From: Felis catus
Taxonomy: Eukaryota
Assembly (NCBI RefSeq): GCF_018350175.1
Contig: NC_058373.1
Location: 112,160,001 to 112,224,000, forward strand
Length of the DNA stretch: 64,000 bases
Direction: 5' to 3'
This document shows, one piece after another, positions 25,680 through 36,905 of the stretch. The notes under the pieces are model-generated. The model was not told the DNA's origin, did no database searches, and saw only the letters and a list, made by a program, of their open reading frames with translations. A program made the position numbers and the translations under genes. Numbering within the stretch: the stretch's first letter is position 1; every line of letters starts with the position of its first letter.

Positions 25680-25890
25680 GGGGCGCCTGATGGCTTAGTC
25701 GGTTGAGGGTCCGACTTTGGCTCAGGTCATGGTCTTGCAGTTTGTGGGCTCGAGCTCCACGTCAGGCTCTGTGCTGAAGCTCAGAGCCTGGAGCCTGCTT
25801 CGGATTCTGTGTCTCCCTGTCTCTCTGCCCTTCCCCCACTCACACTCTGTCTCTCACTCCTTCAAAAATAAATAAACATTAAAAAATTTT
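25680..25890 (+). mobile_element. CAN-SINE (SINEC_Fc)
   Basis: GGGGCGCCTGATGGCTTAGTCGG head, GCTCAGAGCCTGGAGCCTGCTTCGGATTCTGTGTCTCCC, A tail. Confidence 0.95.
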
Positions 25891-26095
25891 TTTTAATTTA
25901 ATAACAAGCTGCAAACCAATAACCTATCCTATAATATAGAATAGATTATGTTCTTCCAAGAGGAGGAAGTAGTAAATTATTATGTTTGACAATAAGATCT
26001 TGGGACCCTCTAAGATGCAAAGTACCACACTGTAACTGTTTTTTTAATGTTGTGACTTTACAGCAATTACATATACAAAAAAATAATGTAAGCAT

Positions 26096-26440
26096 TGCCA
26101 CATACCAAATATCTATATTCCTCCTAAATTCATATGTTTAAACCTAATCCCTAATGTGATGCTGTTTAGAAATGGGGCCTTTAGGTGGTGATTAGGTCAT
26201 GAGGGTGGAGACCTCATGGATGGGATTAATACCCTTATAAAAAAGGCTCCAGAGAGCTACCTCACCCTTCTGCCATGTGAGGGCACAGCACAAAGAAGTC
26301 AGCCCTCACTAGAAACTAAATCTATTGGAGCCCTGATCTTGGACTTTTCAGCCTTCAGAACCATGAGAAATAAATGTTTGTTGTTTATAAGCCATTCAGT
26401 CTATGGTATTTTGTTACAGCAAGCCAAAAGGACTAAGACA
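26096..26440 (+). mobile_element. MaLR solo LTR, MLT1A0-like
   Basis: TG...CA termini, AAATTCATATGTT...ATTAGGTCATGAGGGTGG...AATAAA...GACTAAGACA. Perfect 5-bp TSD AGCAT. Confidence 0.92.
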
Positions 26441-26762
26441 AGCATATTCTAAATCACAAGCTTCTAAAATCCCAAAATCCACTAAAGATTGAGAAATCCA
26501 CAAAAACAGTTCACTCTTGAACAAAACATATTGAAAAATGTATAAAGTAAATTCTAAGTTAATAGATACAGATAAGCAAATGGAAGCCAAGATGAAAGTG
26601 TCTTTGAATTTGTTCTCTCAATCTTTCAATGAAAATTCTCAAATTTTTTTTGACAGTGTCACTTTCCTGAGTTCTATCCATAATTTTTATGGGAAAGACA
26701 TGTTTCCCAACTCAGTCAACTTAGGTGATTCTGATAAGAACCAATTTTCAAGGTCTTACCTC

Positions 26763-27196
26763 TTTTATTTTTTTTTTATTTTTAAAATTTTATTTTTTTT
26801 AATTCACATCCAAATTAGTTAGCATAGTGCAACAATGATTTCAGGAGTAGATTCCTTAGTGCCCCTTACCCATTTAGCCCATCCCTCCTCCCATAACCCC
26901 TCCAGTAACCTTCTGTTTGTTCTCCATATTTGTCTCTTATGTTTTGTCCCCCTCCCTGTTTTTATATTATTTTTGTTTCCTTTCCATTATGTTCATCTGT
27001 TTTGTCTCTTAAAGTCCTCATATGAGTGAAGTCATATGATTTTTGTCTTTCTCTGACTAAATTCCCTTAGCATAATACCCTCCAGTTCCATCCACGTAGT
27101 TGCAAATGGCAAGATTTCATTCTTTTTGATTGCTGAGTAATACTCCATTGGGTGTGTATGTATGTATGTATGTATGTATGTGTGTGTGTGTGTGTG

Positions 27197-27228
<32 letters not shown>

Positions 27229-27483
27229 TACACATATATACCACATCTTCTTTATCCATTCTTCCATCAATGGACATTTGGGCTCTTTCCATACTTTGGC
27301 TATTATTGATAGTGCTGCTATAAACATTGGGGTGCATGTGTCCCTTCGAAACAGCACACCTGTATCCCTTGGATAAATACCTAGTAGTGTAATTGCTGAG
27401 TCATAGGGTAGTTCTATTTTTAGTTTTTTGAGGAACCTCCACACTGTTTTCCAGAGTGGCTACACCACCAGCTTGCATTCCCA
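26763..27483 (-). mobile_element. 5'-truncated carnivore/felid LINE-1 (ORF2 C-terminus, 3'UTR, polyA)
   Basis: Antisense peptides WRFLKKLKIELPYD...CTPMFIAAL..IAK.WKEPKCP and MEYYSAIKKNEILPFATTWMELEGIML are L1 ORF2p C-terminal motifs. T-rich tail at ~26763-26800. TSD-like ACCTCTTT at 26758 and 27484. Confidence 0.97.
27152..27240. repeat. Compound microsatellite (TATG)n(TG)9(TA)4(CA)12 inside L1 ORF2
   Basis: Read directly; it shifts the frame of the ORF2 remnant. Confidence 0.97.
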
Positions 27484-28214
27484 ACCTCTTTGTTTTATTG
27501 AGCTGAACTGAGCCTGATAACCCAGACTCAGGTAGTTACTCCACCTATAATCTACCTTGTAAGCCCTCTGAGATTCAGCTTCCCTCTTGTGAAATGGAGA
27601 TGATGAGAGGAAATAAAAGCTCTTTGCAAACTCTAAGGTAATACCTATATTCTAACACAATGCATCATTCCAGGGGCATGTATATTTTCTGAAAAGGCTG
27701 CAAGAGCAAATACTCAACTTTTTGTACTTACTTTTGGTTTGAGGCTCCCCAATCCTGAGCCCTTAAATTATTTTAGTGAAAGATGCATCCCTCTTTCTGC
27801 TCAAATCCGTATAAATAATGGAAGGTTTTTAGTGATTTCTCAAGAGAAGGAACAGCTATTCCCACTTACACATTTTGCAAAGCTGAAAAGTTAAGCTGAC
27901 AAAAAGAAAGATGTCTAGGTTATAAGTGGAATTAAGATACAGAACAAAAAGAAAGATGATGGTTTCTTTCACCACAACCACCAAAAAAATAAATCTCTTC
28001 TCTTTTATTCATTAATTTACTCAATCATTTGTTCAACAAATATGAGCAATCATGGTCACAAGCACTATTCCTGGCCCCAGATAGCCAGCAGTGACAAAAT
28101 CAAGGCCCTGCTCTCATGGAGTTTACACTCTACTTGTGGGAAAGGGTGGAAACAGACAATAAATAAACTTGCCAGGTGGTGCTAAGTAGTATGAAGGAAG
28201 CTTAAGGAACAGAG

Positions 28215-28768
28215 TGAAGGGAAGGAAAAATTCTTCTCTAGCCTCCAGGTCTTCCAGCTGGACTAAGAATTAAATTTACATGAGACAGATTAACAGGAGA
28301 AAAAGCCAAAATTTTATTATGTGTGCACGGAGGCCCAGTACTGAAATTGAGACCTAAAGAAATAACCAAAGTGGGCAGTTTTTATACTCTTTAGGCACAG
28401 AGACAATAAATCTGTGAGGAATTGACAAGACAAAAAAAAAAAAAAAAAAAAAAAAAAGCTTAACTTTGGGAGCTTCAATTAGTAAGAAATTCTAAACAGA
28501 ATTTGGTGTGGAGTAGTAAAGCAGTAAAAAGTAACAAGGGTTGTTTATACAGCCTTCTGGGGTCTAAACTTCCCATATCCAGTGATAAGGATGTCTACCT
28601 CCTGGTACAGAGAAGGTGCCTTTCACATGGAGATGAATTTCTTGCTCTCAGAGAGACAGAGGGGGGTCTGAGTGTCCATGCATAGGCTGTCTTTCAAGTA
28701 ACTTTTACTTAAAATAATCAATACACCAAAGTGGCACATTTGGGGGCGAGCTGCCCATGGCCCTTACA
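28215..28768 (-). mobile_element. ERV1 solo LTR, MER34-like
   Basis: Termini TGAAGGG...CCCTTACA with a perfect 4-bp TSD AGAG. The reverse complement starts ...CCCCCAAATGTGCCACTTTGG. Contains A26 at 28432-28457. Confidence 0.9.
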
Positions 28769-28940
28769 AGAGCATGATGGAGGGAGAAGGTGTCCAATGG
28801 GGTGGTTGTTATGCCTTTCTCATCAGGTGACATTGCAGCTGAAGCTGGAATAGAGGTAGGTGGCCAGTCATTCAGATACACAGGGACAGCATATCCCAAC
28901 CAGGGGAACAGTAATGAAACCCTAGAGGCTAGAGTGTGCT

Positions 28941-29528
28941 TTACTGCCCAGCTGCTTGTACTCACTGACCCTTGTCCCACATTTTTCTTTAAGCTCTTCT
29001 TTCCAGCTTATCTCTTAACTTGGGGGCAGGCGGGGGGTGGGGGGGAGGAAGGAAAGTGAAATCACTCCTCCAGGGATACCAGCTGCCCTGACAAGACCAC
29101 CAGCAGCCCAGACAACCCAGACCAGTTTGAGCTTAACCTCAGACTCACACCTGCACAGAAGGACCATGGAGTGGCCTCTAGAATGACCAACAACTACCTT
29201 TACATCATTATACTATTAAAACCTCAGCCCAAGGAGGAGCACGAGCCTCCTCTACATAACATACAATGCGTGTATAGCCATGTTTCCTTCCGACTCATGC
29301 AATACCTTGTGCCCACCTCTATCTGCAATGCCAAGGCTTCCCTATGTAAAATTCATCCTAACCCTAAGTAAAGGGAACACATCCACCCTTGCTTGGAGGA
29401 GTCACAGCTTTGGAAGCCATTCCCCGTGATCTCCTTATATGCTGCAAATAAAGTTTTCTTTGTGCAATCACTCAACCTGGTGCGGTTTCTGACTCACCAA
29501 GAAGCAAACTCATGTTGGTTTGGTTACA
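28941..29528 (+). mobile_element. ERV1-type solo LTR (family uncertain)
   Basis: Interrupts the L2. AATAAA at 29447-29452 and a TTGGTTTGGTTACA terminus. 5' end approximate. Confidence 0.7.
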
Positions 29529-30098
29529 GGAGCAAGGGTGCCGGTGATGGCCCATGAGGTCGGAGACGTGCAGAGGGACAGATGGTATGCAGTCTGCAGG
29601 TCATGGTAAGGATTTTGCATTCTACTCAGAGAAGAGAAGACATTATAGGTTTTAGTGCAGAGGAGTGATATGATCTGGTTTATGTTTTTAACAAATTTCT
29701 CTGTGGAGTGTATATTGGGTTAGAAGGCTGCTGGGATCCGCATGGTAGCAGTGCAGGTGGCAGAAGTGAGAATTCGGATTATATTCTGAAGATAACTGTC
29801 TCTGGGGGTTGCTAATGGATGGGATGTGCAGCAAGTGAGAAAAGGGGGTCAAAGACCAATACATCAACTGGAAGAATAGTTATGCCATTGTCTGAGAGGG
29901 GGAAGTCTACAAGAGGAGTAACTTTGATGGGAGGAAAAAGAATCAAGATGTGTTTTGAACATCGTAAGCTTGAGCTGCCTGTTAGAAATCTAAGTGGAGA
30001 TATTGGGGCTATTAAATATCCAAGATTCAGTTTTGCCATTTATAAGAAGTTCAGGAGAGCCATTTGGGCTAGAGAGAGAAATTTGGGAGTCATTAGCA

Positions 30099-30204
30099 TA
30101 AGTTTTTCAGATTTAGAAAATAAAGTCACAGGACTAAATATTATTGGTTATGTATCTAAAATTCAAATTTAACTGGGAAGGCTGTATTTTATCTGTCATC
30201 CCTG
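30099..30204. mobile_element. Internally deleted MER53 (hAT MITE)
   Basis: CAGATTTAGAAAATAAA...TATCTAAAATTCAAATTTAACTGGG...TGTATTTTATCTG; homologous to 57276-57431. Confidence 0.8.
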
Positions 30205-30673
30205 TGGGTGGGGCTCGCTGAGATCACAAAGAAGGTTAGTGTGAAAAGAGGAGAGAGAAGTGGCCCAAGGATTGGGCCCTGGGGCACTGTGATGTTAAAA
30301 GATCAGAAAGAGGAGCAGGAGTCATAGAAGGGACCAGAAGGAAAACCAGAAAGTGTGGTGTTCTAGAAACCAAGAGAAGAAAGCGTCATAAAAAGGAAAG
30401 AGTGTTCACCTGTGTCAGTTGCAACTAATATTACTGGATTTGACAATGCAGACGGCATGGGGGAAGGAATGTTAGACTGGGTTTCAGGGAAAAAAAATGG
30501 GAAAAGATACACAGTGAGAACAAGAACATACACAATTACTTTTTGTAATGAGGAGTATAAAAATGGGCAACAGCTGGAGGATAATTAGGGGTCCAAGGAG
30601 GTATTTTTTAAAGATGAGGTAGTGGTCAGCAGCCATGACAAGTGAGTGAAGTGGCATCCTGTCCCCAGAGTGG

Positions 30674-31136
30674 AGTTAAAAAGAAAAACACAGGCCCAAA
30701 ATGGCATTACTTTGGCCAGGCCAAGTCACCAAACCAGGCCTTAATACCTAGCCTAATTGCAGCTTTTATCTTCCCCTCAGAAATGTAGTCTTAACCTGCC
30801 AATCAGAAAGTAGCAAGGAGATAATCTATCACAAGGTCCAAATCCCCCCCCCCCCCCCCCCCCCCCCGCAACCAAAAAAGGAAGAATGAGGTAATCTGCA
30901 TAATAAGACTTTCTGCCCTTCCCCCTGAGGGAAGGTGATCTTGCCTGAAACAATACTTTGTTTTCTTTTGCCTATAACTCTCTTGCTCCACCAACCTTCT
31001 TATAAAAACCTTCCATTTTGTGCAACTTCTGAGAGCTTCCCTCTGTTTGCTAGATGGGATAATGCCCCATTCACGAATCATTTAATAAACCTAATTAGAT
31101 CTTCAAATTTACTCAGTTGAATTTTGTTTTTTAACA
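30674..31136 (+). mobile_element. ERV1 solo LTR (MER57/carnivore LTR-like) containing C24
   Basis: (A)GTTAAAA...TTTTAACA inverted termini, CCAATCA, TATAAAA and AATAAA. 4-bp TSD GTGG/GTAG. C24 at 30844-30867. Confidence 0.85.
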
Positions 31137-32294
31137 GTAGCTATGCACTTGACACTGAGAAGCTGGTACTTGCCTAGTATTCAGGCACAGAGCTTTGGCA
31201 CCTAGGTTGGTGGTGAAGAGCCACAATGGGTCCTAGATCAGGAATATCCAAGGTGTGCTTAGTGTGACACCATATTTGACTTTATCCCCCCAAAATGCTA
31301 CTATCTCTGGGGTGGGAAGTGCTTCTACATGTCAATCCTTTGCCCTGGGGATTTGGGGTACACCTCGTGTGGCTCAGCACCAAGGATGTTACTACCTATG
31401 ACTTCTGGAAAATCAGACATCTGAAACAGTGGTTTATCTTATTTTCAGCAAACATAGGTCTCGTTTCTGGATAGAAACAGACATTTTGCAACTGAAATTG
31501 CAAATATTTCTACTGTTCAGATGCTTAGGGCTTCAGAGAGCCAACACAAGATGGCAGGCATGTCCTTGCAGTATTCAGTGACAGGGCAGAGAACATGACC
31601 CAGTTGAAGGTGCAGCTGGGGGAGACTGGAAGTCCAACAGAAGAAGGTAGCAGGGCTGGCAGCCATTCACCAGTCAGCCAAGTGCCTCCCAGAATCACAG
31701 GCCCATATACTCCAGCCGTGTGAGATGAGAGGCGCCAGTGAGTCTACTGACCTGGACTGCCCGCCAATCTGGCACCGTATACCTGGCCCCTGTATACTCA
31801 CAGGTGATAAATCCTTTCAGTGCTGAGAACTACAATTCAACCATTTGGAGAAGCAGAAGTGTTCAGATTCCTTAGGTGTATGTTGAGTTTATTAATGCAT
31901 TAAGCAGCTTCACATTTAAGGATTGTATATTATCTCCCTGGTACTTTGTTAGGAGTGGGAAAGTCTAAGCCATACCACTCGTAAACTAATTTTAATATTA
32001 TCTGTATCAAAGTTACATGACTTCCTAAGTTCACTAGGAATTGGTGGCCCATAAACATTCATTTATTCCTCCACAAAACCTGATAACTCCTGTTTCTGCT
32101 TTATGTTGGAGTCTTTCCATTTTCAAATATGACAATTAACAAGTTTACTTTAGCATATGTTATAGAATGTCTATTTACTGTGTCACTAATTTTGGGCTTT
32201 GAAAAAAATGCTTTATGCTCCACTAAAAGAAAAGATCCAGTTTCATGTTCGTACCTTTTCACATAATGTTTTCCCTCATTAAAATGACCAGACA

Positions 32295-32484
32295 GGGGCA
32301 CATGGGTGGCTGTCGGTTGAGTGTCAGACTCTTGATTTTGGCCCAGGGTCCTGGGATCAAGCCCCACATTGGACTCTGTGCTGAGCGTAAAGTCTGCTTA
32401 AGATTCTCTCTCTCCCTCTGTCCCTCTGTCCGCCTCGTGTGCTCTCCCTCTCTCTCTAAAATAAAAAATACAATACAATACAAT
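32295..32484 (+). mobile_element. CAN-SINE (older subtype)
   Basis: GGGGCACATGGGTGGCT head, GGTCCTGGGATCAAGCCCC. TSD AAAATGACC(A/G)GACA at 32281-32294 and 32485-32498. Confidence 0.95.
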
Positions 32485-32539
32485 AAAATGACCGGACAGA
32501 AATTTGTTTATAAAGCTTACAATTAATGCCTCTATTGAA

Positions 32540-33265
32540 AATTTTTTAAGGATGAGATATTGTAGAACCCTTGTATGCTGATGGTAATGATTAAGTAAGG
32601 AGAAGGAGACTGATCATGCAAGAGAGAATATAAAATTGCAGAAGTGTTGCCCTTGAGTAAGCAGCAAGTTTGGGGAATATGCAAAATCTAGCACACACGT
32701 GCAAGGACTGCCCTACAGGGGTACAGGGATAGTTTGCCCCCTACATCAACAGCTGAAGGCTGGCTTGTCAGCACAGATGCACCTAGGTTATGAGTTTTGG
32801 TGATGAAAGCATGAGGAATTTCTTTTCTGGTTGCTTGTGTCCTCTCAGTGAAATAAACAATCAGGTCATGAGCTGAGAGTGAGGAGTAGGGAGGGGCGTT
32901 GGAAGTTGGAGGGGAGAGGAGAAAGGATCAGATGATGGTCGAGGAGAGAGGGAATGAATTCAGGGAAATGCTTCAAGATTGGCTGGCTACCTGATCCACT
33001 TTAGGTTTGTGATGGAGGTAGGTAGGGTGATGGAGGCAGAAAGGGGCAGGGAAATTAAATATGTACACAAGGGAATTAAATCATGCAGTAAAGACTTGAG
33101 GGGAGGTAATGATCAGCAAGAAGGTGATGGGGTCAATGGATTGGAGGAGAGGTGGAACAGCTACTAGAGCCCAAGGACTGGAGGGAATGAGCTGGAAAAA
33201 TAGGAAATGGTGTAGGATATCAGAAGGTTTGAAGCTGAGATTATGAAGGGGTGTTTTTCCATAAA
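32540..33265 (-). mobile_element. L2 continuation
   Basis: TTTTTTAAGGATGAGA...TGTATGCTGATGGTAATGAT resumes the L2 that breaks off near 30615. Confidence 0.7.
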
Positions 33266-34109
33266 CATTCCCACTGCCGGCCATTGTTTCTAAGTTTCAA
33301 TAAAAGTCAGTTTGATGTTGCCTAAGAATAGTGCATGCAAGCCAATGAATGTGGTTCAGAAAGTTCCCCCTCCTTCCCCTTGCTTCCTCCCCCTCTCCAC
33401 CTCGGCTGCCCTCCTTCCCCAACCCCCAATAATTCTGAAATGGAATAAAACTACTCAAATGTGAATTTAACCAAAACAGGTTAAAACTGATGCCTGATGA
33501 AAGAGCATCTTTCCATCACACTAAAGATGTAGAGAAAACATAAAAAGAACATGTTGCTGACAGAAGCTGAGAGGAAGAACACAAGAAATAGTTGTCTCTG
33601 ACATTTAAGCAAGCCCAATGCTGGGTGGTTTTAGATTTATATGACTGATAAATAATACAAGATTCCCTGTAGAGGACAAATCCAAGTGAAAAATAACCAA
33701 TTGAGAAAAGAGGTATGTGGTTAGTAATCTCAACAAGAAAAGGCTGAGCTATTCTGAAATCCAAGATATCAAATGATGATTTTTCACTTGTAAAATTGTA
33801 TCATCGGCATTAGAAAAGAAAAATTTAAATTACCTTTTATGGTTAATCCTGGATTGTTCTTTTACTTAGAACATTTTTTGCCTATTTTTCAAAACCTTTC
33901 TATTTTCCTTCTCATTCAAACATTACGGCAAAATTCTTCTCAGCATCCTGGCATCTGGCATTTCCAAGCAGTGGAGTGTTTCTTCGAGAAGGGAGGTGGG
34001 GCAGGAATTACTATGCTTTTCCCTGGGAGTAATGTGATTTCAAAAGTGAAAAAAAAATTCCATCCACTTTTTTTTTTACACTGAAATTAAATATTTTGAC
34101 ATTCATATT

Positions 34110-34920
34110 TAGCAGAAAAATGCAAATGATTAATAAAATATAAAAAGATGTTCAATATCACCAACATTTATTTAACTCATATAGTGTTCATTATGTGTCA
34201 GGCACTGCTCTAAGCACCAGGTACTATTCTAAATTTTTACAAATATTAACTCAATTTATCCCAATAATAGTCTTATTTGGCAGGTACTATTATTTTTCCT
34301 ATTGTCAATGGGAATAATGAAACTGAGTCACAGGGAAGTTGCTAAGGTCACATAGGTAGTAGGCAACACAATCAGGCAGCTGGACTAGAGATCCATGCCT
34401 TTAGACACTATGCCATGTGATCTTGCTGGGAAAATGCAAGTTTAATCAAGATGCCATTTTCTATCCAGCAGATTGGCAAAAAAATTGTTTTTAATTGGTA
34501 ACATCAAATGCTGGTAAGAATGTAGGCAAATGACAATCAAATATTGTTATACCCTTCTTAGAGGGCAATCTGGCAGTATTCACTAAAAGTCTGCAGGACA
34601 CAAAACTCTTCTATATAACATTCCACTTTGAGGACTTTGGCCAACAGAAATAAACATCAGTTTTTATAGTATTCCATATTCCATATGCTATGCAGCTATT
34701 ATATATGATTTCACTCTATTGATCCACAGAAAGCTGCAGTAATGTGTACAGAAAGATCCTACCTTCTTGTTAAGTATTTTTATGAGCATATTTAACAGTC
34801 GCCTCAGGAAGGAAGATAGGGAAGAGAGGATTATTTTTTCTACATATATTTCTGAATTATTGGACATTTTATATAAGCTAGTATTGCCTCTGCAATTTAA
34901 AATCTAAGTTAGAAATAATT
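34110..34920 (+). mobile_element. Old L1M fragment with a nested antisense MIR (~34165-34420)
   Basis: AAAAGATGTTCAA...AAATGCAA...CAGATTGGCAAAA...GAGGGCAATCTGGCAGTA (L1). TGTGTCAGGCACTGCTCTAAGCA...GAAACTGAG...CTAAGGTCACA (MIR). Confidence 0.75.
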
Positions 34921-35539
34921 ATGAATGTAAATGTGATTATCAGCCTACATGTTTTATATTTTCAACCCCACAAAGGAAATTATATAAATAATACAGCTTT
35001 TCCATTCAGATGTGAAAGACTCAGAGTCATATTTATGGATACCTCTTATGTCCAGGCATTGTACATACTTCTCAGAAATTACAGAACAGACATTAATTTT
35101 CTTTAATGGGCATTTATAGCAATAGAAAGCAAAAGGAATAGTTTGCTCATTCTTTGTCTAATAGTATAACTAGCCTGTGGAGAGTAATATCATTTTAAAA
35201 ACCAGTGTATGATCGACAATCTCCATTTCTATTCCTTCCGTTTCACACTCAGGTTGGAGAGAGAACCCACATTTAAGAGGGAAATGGAGGGGCTGGGGTG
35301 TTGAAAGTTTTTAAATTGTTTTCTTCTTTGATAAAGGGAATTAGACAGACATTTCTTGGGCTTTGCTTCCTTCTGTCCATGCTCTACACTGTGCGGGACT
35401 TGAAGCAGTAAAGTTGGAATCTGGAATAGTGGCTGGAAATGGTCAGGGCACAAGGACTACAATAAGGATTCTGCCAGCGTCTTTTGATTTCTGGTTGTGT
35501 GAACCACAAACCCTTCCTGGCTGGTGAAATTTGAAGTGC

Positions 35540-35557
35540 TGCTGCCATCTGCAGGGG
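35540..35557 (-). promoter_or_regulatory. CTCF-binding motif (predicted)
   Basis: Reverse complement CCCCTGCAGATGGCAGCA matches the CTCF core. Confidence 0.55.
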
Positions 35558-36699
35558 TTCCCCATTGTCATATGTGAGTAGAGCCACAAGTGCATCAGAT
35601 CCAGTCTCATAACCCTCTGCAGGAGCTCTGAGTCGCAGCTAGTAAACAGACATCCCAGGTGCCTGCTAAAATGAAGGTAATTTGTCATAAAACTTAAGAT
35701 GGTTACCCAATAAGGCAGCTTTTCAGTGCGTATGTTTAATGTTATAGAATAGTGAATTTGTCCCTTTAAGAGGAAATATGCATTAAGATGTAGGGTCCAA
35801 GAGAGGATGTGACTGAGAAGCCACATCTTTAAAAAAAAATGGGGGAGGGGAGTAAGTTATAGCATTTTAGATGCACCTGGTGTCTCTGAAGACCATCAAG
35901 TCAATCTCCCTGAGGACTACAGGCTCAGTTTCCACTGCTAACAACAAGTTTGGAGAACCTGGGCTTCCATTTTTACCTGTTCTATTGAGTGGTTTGTTCA
36001 TTAATTCTGAGCCTATCTCTCTCCTCTGATTTCTTAAGTTATGGATAATTGATAGGAAAGGCCAACTGCCTGCTAGCATGAAACTCCAATACTTCTTTCT
36101 CAGAAATAATTCTACTTCACTACGATGTGAAGAAAAATTAATTAAGCCCTAAAATGAAAGTAGATCCATTATACAGTCTTTCTTCATGACGGTTCGAGGT
36201 GTCTGCAAATGGTCTGGCAAGTCCAGGAGAACATGAATATCCCTGGTGGCTCCAATGGGGGCAGTGGCCCAATCTTCAGGTCATTATACCACAATACTGT
36301 CTGCAAATTCTGAGATACTGAAGTTTTCATACAGCTCACTTCACACTTTTATTGTTTCCTCATCATTTTAAGCAATCCTAAGCTCTCATGGAAAGTCAAA
36401 ACGTTCCTTATAGAGTCCACTTTTGCCTTTGGTTGACATTATTAAAAGCAGAGAGTAAATTCCTTTCAATTTACCTTTAGAAAAATTTCACATCATTTTA
36501 GCAGACATCCAAGTTCCCCTTCACCACAAATCTGGCAGTTAAAAAATGTGTACAGAAAGAGAGGATTAGAACACAAAGCTAGCACCCTAATAGATGTTAG
36601 ATCATCAGCTTGACACTTCAGAAACTTTGCTGTATCTGGAGAAATGTCCTTGTCTTACGAAATTTTGCCGTGGAGTTATTGATTTCTGTGGCAAATACT

Positions 36700-36905
36700 T
36701 TGTAAGGGCTCATTCCTTTGCTCAGTATTCTGCCAGCCACTTTTTGTACGTTACCTCTTCATTCTTCACGATGATTCTGTGAAGGTCATACATTCCCATT
36801 TAGCAGATAAGGAAACTGGGATATGATAGTTCAACTAACTTGCCTAGAGAGACATAGGATTGGAAGCCGCATGTGCCTTACTTTTTACGCCTATGCTGTT
36901 TGCGC
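36700..36905 (-). mobile_element. MIR (degenerate)
   Basis: ATTCTTCAC...TTCCCATTTAGCAGATAAGGAAACTG...AACTTGCCTA. Confidence 0.65.

Larger units (their letters stand above)
28008..30615 (-). mobile_element. Long L2, split by two LTRs and a MER53
   Basis: Antisense L2 terminus TTCATTAATTTACTCAATCATTTGTTCAACAAATA, then GCCCTGCTCTCATGGAG, GGTCATGGTAAGGATTTTG, GGAGTGATATGATCTG and TTTGGGAGTCATTAGCAT in the expected order. Confidence 0.85.

Noticed and set aside
25053..25706. Two similar peptides on opposite strands suggesting paralogous small genes
   Set aside because: The similarity is fully explained by the DNA inverted repeat; one ORF runs into a SINE and there is no coding evidence.
27032..27444. 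ORFs with real protein similarity
   Set aside because: These are L1 ORF2p C-terminal remnants, 5'-truncated and frameshifted by a microsatellite, not a host gene.
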